DNA of 33,575 nucleotides. It comes from an uncultured Clostridia bacterium (GTDB lineage Bacteria; Bacillota; Clostridia; TANB77; CAG-508). A program made the position numbers and the translations under genes. The stretch lies in the NCBI GenBank assembly GCA_947627555.1, contig CANQWL010000003.1, forward strand, positions 1 to 33,575, read 5' to 3'. This document shows, piece by piece, positions 1-9,055 of the stretch (within the stretch, counting starts at the first letter, position 1; every line of letters begins with the position of its first letter). The notes under the pieces are model-generated. The model had not been told where the DNA came from. It made no database searches and saw only the letters and a list, made by a program, of their open reading frames with translations.

Positions 1-1
1 C

Positions 2-301
2 CGCAAATATTAATACAGCACCTATTAAATATGGTATCATAGTCTTTTTATATTCAGCTTTTTCTTCAGCACTACCTAACATGTACTTAATACCTAAAAC
101 TACTAATATTGCAACAGATACAATAGAACCTATAGCTTGTATAGCACCTATTACTTTTTTACCAAAAGTATCAAAAGATGTTGTAACTGTTCCTTTTAAG
201 CTTGAAGGGTCTGTAACTGCATATACATTACTAAAGATAGATAATAAAAAAATTACTATCATAACAATATTTAAAACTTTTAATAATTTTTTAGTGTTCA
301 T
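2..301 (-). CDS. VirB2/TrbC-family T4SS pilin-like protein (3' end runs off window; missing from ORF track)
   Basis: ATG at 301 with AGGAGG RBS at 310-315. Translates MNTKKLLKVLNIVMIVIFLLSIFSNVYAVTDPSSLKG...IGAIQAIGSIVSVAILVVLGIKYMLGSAEEKAEYKKTMIPYLIGAVLIFA: signal peptide ending VYA plus two hydrophobic helices. Close paralog of 823..1254. Confidence 0.8.
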   Translation of the reverse strand, partial: MNTKKLLKVLNIVMIVIFLLSIFSNVYAVTDPSSLKGTVTTSFDTFGKKVIGAIQAIGSIVSVAILVVLGIKYMLGSAEEKAEYKKTMIPYLIGAVLIFA

Positions 302-374
302 AATTTTAACCTCCTTTTATTAGTATATTTTATTATATATTAAATTTTCTCGTATTCTGAGAAAATGTTAATAA

Positions 375-761
375 CTATTTAAAAGCTAATATAACTGCTT
401 TCCATATTGCAAATGCTCCAAATACAACAATACATCCTATAATAAAAGGAATCATAGATTCTTTTATTTGTGCTTTATCTTCAGCAGCAGCAGTTATGTA
501 TTGTACTCCTAATATAGTGGCATATATAACTGCGAGAATAATACCTAATCCTAATAAGATATTATATATTGAATCAGATACATTTTTTATACCACTAGTA
601 GAAAGTTTAACAGATTCAGTACTAGATGCATCTATGAAGGAATCTCCTCCTGAAATTATTTCATCTAATTCAGAACATAAAGATATAGGAGTATATTTAA
701 TTATAAAGAATAATATTATAAATAATATTATAAATAATTTTTTTAAAATATTGTAACTCAT
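375..761 (-). CDS. VirB2/TrbC-family T4SS pilin-like protein
   Basis: 128 aa; N-terminal signal/TM, then TM-GVQYITAAAEDKAQIKESMIPFIIG-TM, the same motif as the neighbouring paralogs; GGGGAG RBS. Confidence 0.75.
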   Translation of the reverse strand: MSYNILKKLFIILFIILFFIIKYTPISLCSELDEIISGGDSFIDASSTESVKLSTSGIKNVSDSIYNILLGLGIILAVIYATILGVQYITAAAEDKAQIKESMIPFIIGCIVVFGAFAIWKAVILAFK

Positions 762-777
762 ATCTTCTCCCCATTTT

Positions 778-806
778 ATTATATATTAAAATATTAAAAA
801 AATCAA
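778..806 (-). promoter_or_regulatory. sigma-A-like promoter for the 375..761 pilin gene
   Basis: Minus strand TTGATT-17 nt-TATAAT just upstream of the RBS. Confidence 0.5.
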
Positions 807-822
807 GTTTTTTAAAAAAGAA

Positions 823-1254
823 TTAAGAGTGAATCGATGTATATATTGCACCTACAATTGTACTAGCCATAAATACTAAAATACATCCAATTATATATGG
901 AATCATTGTACTTTTATATTCAGCTTTTTCTTCTGCAGATCCAAGCATATATTTAATTCCAATTACAACTAAAGCTCCAACAGAAGCGATACTTCCTATT
1001 GCTTGTACTATTCCTATATATTTGTTTCCTAGTTTTGTAGAGGCAGTATCTAATTCTATTTGTGAGGGAGTAAAATCATCAGGAACAATTTCTGAAGATT
1101 GAAAAGAAGCTAAAAATGTTAAAGCATCTGCAGACTGCGAGGAATCGGAAAATGTCGTAACTTGAGTTGCACGTGCAGCATAAACATTAGTAGTACATAT
1201 AATTATTAAAATAAATAATAAAAATAAAAAAGAAATTATTTTTTTAAAAGTCAT
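823..1254 (-). CDS. VirB2/TrbC-family T4SS pilin-like protein
   Basis: 143 aa; signal peptide ending NVYA; core IGIKYMLGSAEEKAEYKSTMIPYIIGCILVF nearly identical to the 2..301 paralog; AAAGGA RBS. Confidence 0.8.
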   Translation of the reverse strand: MTFKKIISFLFLLFILIIICTTNVYAARATQVTTFSDSSQSADALTFLASFQSSEIVPDDFTPSQIELDTASTKLGNKYIGIVQAIGSIASVGALVVIGIKYMLGSAEEKAEYKSTMIPYIIGCILVFMASTIVGAIYTSIHS

Positions 1255-1421
1255 AATTTATCCTTTCTTAAATAAAATTTATTCTTATATAATAAATATT
1301 ACATATTTTTTTATTTTTGGCAATACTTTTTTTAAAAATTTATTCAAAATGAAACAAAAAAGTTTGTTTATTACAAAAATATTACAATTATATTAAAAAA
1401 ATATTATTTTTAGTAAAATAG

Positions 1422-1450
1422 TTACTTTTTATATGCTTTTTTGATATAAT
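1422..1450 (+). promoter_or_regulatory. sigma-A-like promoter (extended -10) of the T4SS-like operon
   Basis: TTACTT-17 nt-TATAAT with TG at the extended -10 position (TGATATAAT); AAAGGAGG RBS before the 1490 ATG. Confidence 0.5.
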
Positions 1451-1489
1451 GTATGTAGTTATATTAGATTTATCAAAGGAGGATTTTAT

Positions 1490-1849
1490 ATGGGTACATA
1501 TTATATACCTAGAAATGTCAAAGGAGAAGGTAGAATATTATTTATATTTACTGGAAAATCACTGATGTATACTGCAATAGGAGCAGTAGTTGGATTTCCA
1601 ATTTATTTTGTTATATCTCATATTCTTAATATACAATATTGGGGAATACTTGCAGTATTAGTATGTGGTCTGATAGGGTTTATTATAGGTACTCTAAAAA
1701 TACCTAAAATATCTATACTAAAAAATGTTCAAGATATAGCAGGAGAAAATATTGATGAAATTATAAAAAGATATATAAAATTTAGAAAACAAAAAAATAA
1801 AATATATATTTATGAAACAGAAGAGGAGGTAAAGAATAATAATGTCTGA
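1490..1849 (+). CDS. PrgI-family (VirB3-like) membrane protein
   Basis: 119 aa, YxIPRNVKGEGRILFIF N-terminus, two TMs, located ahead of VirB4; strong RBS. Confidence 0.65.
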   Translation: MGTYYIPRNVKGEGRILFIFTGKSLMYTAIGAVVGFPIYFVISHILNIQYWGILAVLVCGLIGFIIGTLKIPKISILKNVQDIAGENIDEIIKRYIKFRKQKNKIYIYETEEEVKNNNV

Positions 1850-3071
1850 TAAAGTACAACAAATGAGCAATATATTAATTATAATATTAGGTATACTAGC
1901 GTGTATTCTAGTTATATTAATAATCATTTATTTTGTTATGAAACGTAAAGAAAATGATTCATTAAAAAGAAAAGATGAACAACTAAAAAGAAAAGATGAA
2001 CAACCTGAAAAAGAAAACAAAAATAAAAGTAATACAAATACACAAATGTTGCAAAAAGAATCAATTACAAAATTTATGGAATTTGATAAAGTAGAAGACA
2101 ATATGATTATACAAAAAGGTGGAAAAAGATTTATTATGGTAGTAGAATGCCAAGGAATTAATTATGACCTTATGTCTGAAATGGAAAAGACAGGAGTAGA
2201 GGAAGGATTTATTCAGTTTTTAAATACTTTAAGACATCCTATTCAAATTTACATACAAACCAGAGCGGTAAATCTAAATGATAGCATACAAAAATATAAA
2301 GCAAGTATTGACCAAATTGAAATGGAATTAAATAAAAAGCAAATAGAATATGATCAAATTAAAAAATCTAATAAAGCATCACAAAAAGAAATTGATTCAG
2401 CATTTTTTGAATTAACAAAAAAGAAAAATTTATATGAATATGGAAAAGATATTGTAAAAAATACTGAAAGTATAAGTTTAAATAAAAATGTTTTAACAAA
2501 AAAATATTACATAGTTATACCATATTTTTCAGAAGAAGCTTCAAAAGAAGAATATACTAAAGATGAAATACAAAATATGGCATTTTCTGAATTATATACA
2601 AAAGCACAATCAGTAATAAGAACATTATATGCATGTAGTGTAAGTGGTAAGATATTAAATTCATATGAATTAGTGGAATTATTGTATTATTCATATAATA
2701 GAGAGCAAGCAGAGGTATATGGACTTAATAAAGCAATACAAGCTGAATATGAAGAATTATATTCAATAGCACCAGATGTTATTGACAAGAAAGAAAGAAT
2801 TTTAGATAAAAAAATACAAGAAGAAGCAATGAAACTAGCACAACAGGAAACAAATAGAGTTAGAACAGAAAAACAAAAAAAATATGAAAAGAAAAGTAAT
2901 AGCATGCAAAAAATGATACAAGATATGGCACAATTGATTATTGAAGAGAATAGGTCGTACATAGAACAAGATGTTGCTGATGAAGCTATAGAAAATATAA
3001 AAAAATTAATAGAAGATCAAAAAGAAGGAGGAGAAAATAATGTGGGGCAAGAAAAACAAGAAATTAAATGA
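1842..3071 (+). CDS. Membrane-anchored coiled-coil T4SS accessory protein
   Basis: 409 aa; N-terminal TM; GINYDLMSEME...FLNTLRHPIQIYIQT segment of the kind seen in proteins encoded just before VirB4; overlaps both neighbours. Confidence 0.55.
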   Translation: MSDKVQQMSNILIIILGILACILVILIIIYFVMKRKENDSLKRKDEQLKRKDEQPEKENKNKSNTNTQMLQKESITKFMEFDKVEDNMIIQKGGKRFIMVVECQGINYDLMSEMEKTGVEEGFIQFLNTLRHPIQIYIQTRAVNLNDSIQKYKASIDQIEMELNKKQIEYDQIKKSNKASQKEIDSAFFELTKKKNLYEYGKDIVKNTESISLNKNVLTKKYYIVIPYFSEEASKEEYTKDEIQNMAFSELYTKAQSVIRTLYACSVSGKILNSYELVELLYYSYNREQAEVYGLNKAIQAEYEELYSIAPDVIDKKERILDKKIQEEAMKLAQQETNRVRTEKQKKYEKKSNSMQKMIQDMAQLIIEENRSYIEQDVADEAIENIKKLIEDQKEGGENNVGQEKQEIK

Positions 3072-5004
3072 AACTGAAACTCAAAATCAGCTTAACATAG
3101 AAGAACAAAATAAAGTTTTTTTAAAAAGAAAAACTATAAAAGAATTAATTGCTCCTGATGGAATAGATGTTAGAGACATATCTAATTTAAAAATTGTATC
3201 AAGCACAACTAAATATGCAAAAAGTTTTTATGTTTCAGTTTTACCTAGAGTTTGTACATTTCCTGAAATATTTAGAGATATGTACTTATTTGGAGATGTA
3301 AATACATCTATTTATATTAATCCAATTCAAGAATCTAGATCACAAAGTGAATTAAATAGAGTTATAAATGAACTTGAAACAGAAAGAATTGTTGCAGCAG
3401 ATAGAGGAAATATAAACAGAGAGAGTCAGTTAAGTCAAAAAAGATTTGAAGCTGAGCAATTAAGAGATGAAATTGCAGCAGGTTTTAACAAAATGTTTGA
3501 AGCTTCAGTAATTTCAACAATATTTGCTTATAGTTTAGAGGAATTAGAGAAATACACAAAATTATTAACTACAGAAATGTCAAAATCATTAGTAGAAATT
3601 AAAAGCGCATGGGGAATGCAAGAAGATGCATTTAAATCTAATTTGCCATTAATGGATGATAAAATTAAGAAAATACATGCTTTTGATAGAAGATCTATGG
3701 CAACAGTATTTCCTTTTACAACATCTGAAGTAGGTCATGCGACAGGTGTTCCTTTAGGATTTAATAAACAAACAGGAACTCCAATTTTATTTGACAATTT
3801 TCATCCATCATTAACAAATTATAATATGGTCATATTTGCTAAATCTGGTGCAGGAAAATCTGTTACAATGAAAACTCTAATTTCTAGATCATCAGTTCTT
3901 ATGGGAATTGAAAGTTTAGCTCTAGATGCCGAAGGAGAATATAGAATTGTTTCAGAAAGTTTAGGAGGAATAAATATTGTTTTAAGCCCTAATTCTTCAA
4001 CAATAATTAATGTGTTTGATGTAGAAACAGAATTAGTAAAAGATGAAATAACGGGAAAAGAGAGACAAGTTTTAAATATAGAAAATAAAGTAGAAGATGT
4101 AACACAAGCATTACTTACTATGGCAAGAGGATCAACTAGAAGTAAAGAAGTAAATGAAATTACAAAACAAATTATATCAGAATCAGTTGCAGAAGAATAT
4201 GCAAGATTAGGAATTAGAAATGATCCTGCAAGTTTATATGAGGCAAGTGGAAATAATGCAAGTGGACAACTATTTAAAAAGAAAAAGCTAATGCCAACTA
4301 TAGGTTCTTGGTATAGGAGAATACTAATAAAAGCAAAAGAAAATACAAATCCTGATTATAATTTCCATTATAGTTATTTAGCAAAAGTAATGAAACAATA
4401 TATAAGAGAATATGATGGTCAAATGGCATATTTTGATGGACAATCTACATTTGAATTATTAGATGGAGCACCATTTATAAATTTAGATATTTCGCAACTA
4501 GAGGAAAGATTTGCAAGACCGCTAGCACAACAAATATTACTTTCTTGGATTTGGGAAAAATACGTTAAGAAAAATAGTGAAGATAGGTCTAAAGCAAGGA
4601 AAAAAAGAGTAATTGTCGATGAAGCGTGGATGTTACTTCCATATCCAGAAGCGGTAGATTTTTTAAATACAATGGCAAGACGTGCCAGAAAAAGAAATGT
4701 TTCTCTTGCTATTATTTCACAAAGATTTCAAGATTTCTATGAAAAACCAGAGGCACAAGCAGTACTTACATCATCAGATACAAAATTATTCTTAGCACAA
4801 GATAAATCTGAAATACAATATTTAAAGGAAGTATTTAAATTAAGTGAAGGAGAGGCAGGATTTTTAATAACTTGCTTAAAAGGTGAGGGATTATTAAAAG
4901 TAGGTTCTGATACAGCTATATTACAAATAAAACCAACTAAAAAAGAATTTGAATTTGTAGAAACAAACTTGAATAAATTAATTGAAATGAATAAAAGCAA
5001 TTAA
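3040..5004 (+). CDS. virB4: VirB4-family T4SS ATPase
   Basis: 654 aa; Walker A AKSGAGKS, Walker B VIVDEAW, RRARKRN and ISQ motifs typical of VirB4/TraE/ConE. Confidence 0.9.
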   Translation: MWGKKNKKLNETETQNQLNIEEQNKVFLKRKTIKELIAPDGIDVRDISNLKIVSSTTKYAKSFYVSVLPRVCTFPEIFRDMYLFGDVNTSIYINPIQESRSQSELNRVINELETERIVAADRGNINRESQLSQKRFEAEQLRDEIAAGFNKMFEASVISTIFAYSLEELEKYTKLLTTEMSKSLVEIKSAWGMQEDAFKSNLPLMDDKIKKIHAFDRRSMATVFPFTTSEVGHATGVPLGFNKQTGTPILFDNFHPSLTNYNMVIFAKSGAGKSVTMKTLISRSSVLMGIESLALDAEGEYRIVSESLGGINIVLSPNSSTIINVFDVETELVKDEITGKERQVLNIENKVEDVTQALLTMARGSTRSKEVNEITKQIISESVAEEYARLGIRNDPASLYEASGNNASGQLFKKKKLMPTIGSWYRRILIKAKENTNPDYNFHYSYLAKVMKQYIREYDGQMAYFDGQSTFELLDGAPFINLDISQLEERFARPLAQQILLSWIWEKYVKKNSEDRSKARKKRVIVDEAWMLLPYPEAVDFLNTMARRARKRNVSLAIISQRFQDFYEKPEAQAVLTSSDTKLFLAQDKSEIQYLKEVFKLSEGEAGFLITCLKGEGLLKVGSDTAILQIKPTKKEFEFVETNLNKLIEMNKSN

Positions 5005-5023
5005 AGCAAAAAAGGAGGAAAAG

Positions 5024-8000
5024 ATGAAACTAAAAAATTATAATATAGTACAAAAGATAGCAATAGTATTGGTTTGTTTAGTAGTATTTAACTTTATTAC
5101 ACCTACATATGTATCTAATGCTAGTTTAGGTGGAGTTTTATTTTCTCCAATAAAAGAATTACTTGTTACTATGGGAGATATTGTATTAGATTTAATAGAT
5201 ATGGGATTTACTGGAAAATTTGAAAATGTAATGAAAGAAATGTTAGCATATAGAAAAGCGGGAGATGAAAATAATAGATTTACTGGCGATGATGATGAAA
5301 GAGAAATATTAATGTCTAAAGTAAGTTTAGAGTCTATATTTTCAAATAACGTAGAATTTTTAAATGTTGATTTTATTAATCCTATTAATGAAGATGATTA
5401 TACAGTAAAAAATAAAAGTACAACAGAAGGATTAACATCATTAAGAAAAATAATTGCTGCTTGGTATGTAGCAATTAGGAACTTTTCTTTAGTTATAATG
5501 CTTTCTATATTAGTATATGTAGGAATTAGAATTATTATTTCTAGTGCGGCATCAGATAAAGCTAAATATAAGCAATTATTGCTAGATTGGATTGTTGGAA
5601 TGTGTTTATTATTTATGTTGCATTATGTAATGTCTATTTCTATTATGATTACAGAAAAAATAACAGAAATGTTATCTGATGCTACTTCATCTGGAATTGA
5701 TTTACAGAAAGAAGATATAGATGGACCGACTGAATTAATAGGAGATGAATTTATTATTGGTACAGGTGATAATAAGATTACATACAAAAAGGGAGATAAT
5801 GTTAAGAAACTACAAAATATTTCACAATATGTGAGGTATTATGCAGATTTGAGGCAAGATTTGGCAGAACAATTTACATATCTTATCATATATTTATTTT
5901 TAGTTGCATATATAGTAATATTTGCAATAAGATACATGAAAAGGATGGTTATAATGGCATTTTTAACGATGATAGCACCTTTTGTTGCAATGACATATCC
6001 TATAGATAAAATGACTGATGGAAAAGCACAAGCATTTAATTTCTGGTTTAAAGAATACATATTTAATTTACTAATACAACCATTTCATTTAATTTTATAT
6101 ACTATATTGGTTGGAACATCTGCAGAATTGGCAACTTCAAGTTTAATTTATGCATTAGTTGCAATTGCTAGCTTACTACCAGCTGAAAAATTATTAAAGC
6201 AAATGTTTGGATTTGACAAAGCACACACACCTCCAGGAATTGCAGCACCTGCTATGGCTACAGCTTTAGCTAACCAATTAACAGGAAAAGCAAGAGGAGC
6301 TATAGCCGGAAGTAAACATTCTAACAATAGTAATATAAATACGAAGAATGAAGGAAAATCTACTGCTCAACAAAAAACAAGAACAGCAGACTATAATTTC
6401 GATAGTTTCAATTCTACAGATGCACAAAATGAAGGTGGAGATATTTATAAACCTTCTGGTGGAATAAATGAGAATGATAGCAATGCTTCTAATTTAGCAT
6501 ATGGAAAAAATTATAATAATGATGAATTAGAACAAATGGAGGAAGGACTAAAACTTGAAAAAGGAACATTAAATAGTCCATATAGCCCAAATGAGCTAGA
6601 TGATATAAATGATTATTATGCTATGCAATATGCTGCAAACGAATATAATAATAGAGATACTATTCCAAATAATGAAGATACACGAAGTATGTTAGATAAT
6701 AACCCAAGTACTGAATTTGCTAATTCTTTAAATTCTGCTTTGAATAAAGGAAAAAATGATGAAAACAAAGATGAAAATAAAAATGCAAATAATGTTACAA
6801 ATCAAAAATTATCTGAACAAGGAAAATCTGGTAACAAATTAAAAAGAGGACTAAAAAATGCAGGTAAAATAGGAGCATATGGAGTAAAGAAAATAGCAAG
6901 ACCAAAAAATATTCCAAAAGGAATAAAATTTGTAGCAAAAGCAGGATTAGGAGTAGCAGGAGCACTTGGAGGAGGAGCAGCAGGATTAGCATTAGGAGCT
7001 TTAACTGGAAAACCTTCAATGGCATTTTCTGCAATGGCTGCTGGTGCTGGAGTTGGTGGCAAAATGGGAACAAAAACAGTAGACAAAGCTGTTAGTGCAG
7101 GTGGAAAGGTAGTAAGAGCTGGCAGAAATGCAATAGATTCTGCATCTAACTTTAAAAATGAAGCTTTATATGGTGAAAGAGAAGCATACGAGAGAAGAAA
7201 AGAAAAACTAATGGCAAATGAACGTAAAAGTTATGCAAAAAATACTCAAAATAGAGATTATTTCCAACAAAAAACAGGAGCTGAAGGTGACGAATTAGAC
7301 AAAATTATGAATAGTGCAGCACAATTTAATCAAATGGGTGTAAAAGATAATGATGAAATATTAAAAGCATTAGAACTTGAACAAATTTATAAAGAAGATT
7401 ATAACATGAATGATCAACAAGCACACCAACTTGCTGGAATTTCTGCTAAAATGGTTAGCGAAGAAGGATATTCTATATCAGACTTTTCAGATGACAAAAA
7501 GAGAGCAGCAGTACAAAATAGAACAGAACAAATAGTAAAAGATTTTGGTGGAAATCTAAATGAAAATCAACAAGCTAATCTAACACAGCAAATAATGTCA
7601 GGAAACGAGTATATGTCAGGATATCAAAAAAGGCAAGATGATAGAATGAACTACAGAGATAAGCCAAAAAATACAGATAAACATACAGCTGAAGTTATAA
7701 ATACAGATGCAAATAGAAATACAAGTGCAAATAGAGCTATAGATACAAGTTCAAGTAGAAATGCAAGTGCAAATAGAACTACAAATACAACTACAAGTGC
7801 AAATACAAGTAGAGCTACAAATACAACTACAACTGCAAATACAAGTGCCAATAGAGCTATAGATACAAGTTCAAGTAGAAATGCAAGTGCAAACAGAGCT
7901 ACAAATACAAGTTCAAGTAGAACTACAAGTGCAGGTTCAAGTAGAAATGCAAGTACAAATAGAGCTACAAGTGCAAGTTCAAGTAGAAATGCAAGTACAA

Positions 8001-8071
8001 ACAGATCTACAAGAACAAATTCGAATAGAAATGCAAATAAACCTATGGATAACAATGCAAATAGAAAGTAA
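5024..8071 (+). CDS. VirB6/TrbL-like polytopic membrane protein with long hydrophilic, Gly/Ala-rich and Ser/Thr/Asn/Arg-repeat C-terminus
   Basis: 1015 aa; multiple TMs (RMVIMAFLTMIAPFVAMTYP; FNFWFKEYIFNLLIQPFH), GA-rich segment; directly after virB4. Confidence 0.7.
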   Translation: MKLKNYNIVQKIAIVLVCLVVFNFITPTYVSNASLGGVLFSPIKELLVTMGDIVLDLIDMGFTGKFENVMKEMLAYRKAGDENNRFTGDDDEREILMSKVSLESIFSNNVEFLNVDFINPINEDDYTVKNKSTTEGLTSLRKIIAAWYVAIRNFSLVIMLSILVYVGIRIIISSAASDKAKYKQLLLDWIVGMCLLFMLHYVMSISIMITEKITEMLSDATSSGIDLQKEDIDGPTELIGDEFIIGTGDNKITYKKGDNVKKLQNISQYVRYYADLRQDLAEQFTYLIIYLFLVAYIVIFAIRYMKRMVIMAFLTMIAPFVAMTYPIDKMTDGKAQAFNFWFKEYIFNLLIQPFHLILYTILVGTSAELATSSLIYALVAIASLLPAEKLLKQMFGFDKAHTPPGIAAPAMATALANQLTGKARGAIAGSKHSNNSNINTKNEGKSTAQQKTRTADYNFDSFNSTDAQNEGGDIYKPSGGINENDSNASNLAYGKNYNNDELEQMEEGLKLEKGTLNSPYSPNELDDINDYYAMQYAANEYNNRDTIPNNEDTRSMLDNNPSTEFANSLNSALNKGKNDENKDENKNANNVTNQKLSEQGKSGNKLKRGLKNAGKIGAYGVKKIARPKNIPKGIKFVAKAGLGVAGALGGGAAGLALGALTGKPSMAFSAMAAGAGVGGKMGTKTVDKAVSAGGKVVRAGRNAIDSASNFKNEALYGEREAYERRKEKLMANERKSYAKNTQNRDYFQQKTGAEGDELDKIMNSAAQFNQMGVKDNDEILKALELEQIYKEDYNMNDQQAHQLAGISAKMVSEEGYSISDFSDDKKRAAVQNRTEQIVKDFGGNLNENQQANLTQQIMSGNEYMSGYQKRQDDRMNYRDKPKNTDKHTAEVINTDANRNTSANRAIDTSSSRNASANRTTNTTTSANTSRATNTTTTANTSANRAIDTSSSRNASANRATNTSSSRTTSAGSSRNASTNRATSASSSRNASTNRSTRTNSNRNANKPMDNNANRK
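7705..8050 (+). repeat. Intragenic degenerate tandem repeats (TSANRAIDTSSSRNASANR units)
   Basis: About 70 nt at 7721 recurs nearly identically at 7841 (period 120); built from (n)CAAGT/(n)CAAAT hexamers. Confidence 0.9.
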
Positions 8072-8095
8072 AAATAATTAGGAGAATTATAACTA

Positions 8096-9025
8096 ATGTT
8101 TAGAGATAATAAATTTGTAAGATCTATAAATAGAAATAGAGAGATTATTATTTTAGTAATAGCTATGATTATATTTGGTTTTTTTATAATAAGAGCACTT
8201 AATGATGAGGCAAAAAATAATTATAACAAAATTGAAGATAATGATACAAATAATACAATATCAAGTGAAGTAAAAAGGTCTAAAGATACAATTACAACAG
8301 ATAAATCTATAGAAACTACTAAGGCAGATGAAAATTATAATTTAATTAAAAACTTTGTAGACTATTGCAATAAAAATGATATAGATGAAGCATATAATTT
8401 ATTAACACCAGAATGCAAGGAAAATGTATACCCTTCTATTGAAAGTTTTAATAAAAATTATATCCAAGTAGTATTTGAGCAAGAAAAAAAAGTAGAAATT
8501 CAAAGTTGGATAACAAATAAAGGAAAGTATACATATTTAGTTACTTATACAGGTGATATTATAGCTACAGGGGATAATGAGGAAAAAGAATATCAAGATT
8601 ATATAACAGTAGATTATGAAACAAAAAAAATAAATATTAATAAATATATAGGTAGGATAGAAAAAGAAATAGAGAAAGAAATAAATAATATAAATTTTAA
8701 AATAGATTATATAGACCTATATAAAGATTATGAGGTATATCATCTAAAAGTAAGTAATAAAAATGATACACAAATTATATTGGATAATCTTAGTTCAACA
8801 TCAAATACATATATAGAAACAGACAAAGAGAAAAAAATAAATTGTTCAAATTATGAAGCGGGAATTAACGCATTTAAATATGATGTAGGTGTAAGTAAGG
8901 ACATAAAGCTAAAATTCATGAAACAATATAATGTTGACATAGTAGATGAAAAATTAGTTTTTTCTTCAACAATTTTAAATACGGATAATCCAGAAGAAAC
9001 AGAAACTATAACCATAGAATTATAA
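8096..9025 (+). CDS. Membrane-anchored hypothetical protein (possible NTF2/VirB8-like domain)
   Basis: 309 aa; N-terminal TM; motif DEAYNLLTPECKENVYPSIESF shared with 11570..12877. Fold assignment is inference. Confidence 0.5.
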   Translation: MFRDNKFVRSINRNREIIILVIAMIIFGFFIIRALNDEAKNNYNKIEDNDTNNTISSEVKRSKDTITTDKSIETTKADENYNLIKNFVDYCNKNDIDEAYNLLTPECKENVYPSIESFNKNYIQVVFEQEKKVEIQSWITNKGKYTYLVTYTGDIIATGDNEEKEYQDYITVDYETKKININKYIGRIEKEIEKEINNINFKIDYIDLYKDYEVYHLKVSNKNDTQIILDNLSSTSNTYIETDKEKKINCSNYEAGINAFKYDVGVSKDIKLKFMKQYNVDIVDEKLVFSSTILNTDNPEETETITIEL

Positions 9026-9055
9026 TTATAATATATTTTATATACAGGGGAAATT

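Noticed and set aside
81-323. + strand 80-aa ORF and the other short ORFs antisense to or overlapping long genes (e.g. 496..756, 6802..7086, 22626..23045, 29378..29854)
   Set aside because: Shadow ORFs of well-supported genes; no RBS or domain signal. The real gene here is the minus-strand pilin.
1963-2002. Short tandem duplication encoding LKRKDEQLKRKDEQ
   Set aside because: 21-nt in-frame duplication in a linker; ordinary slippage event.
7651-8081. Hydrophobic repetitive ORF 7651..8055 (-) and QV-repeat ORF 7881..8081 (+)
   Set aside because: Alternative-frame readings of the hexamer repeats in the VirB6-like tail.
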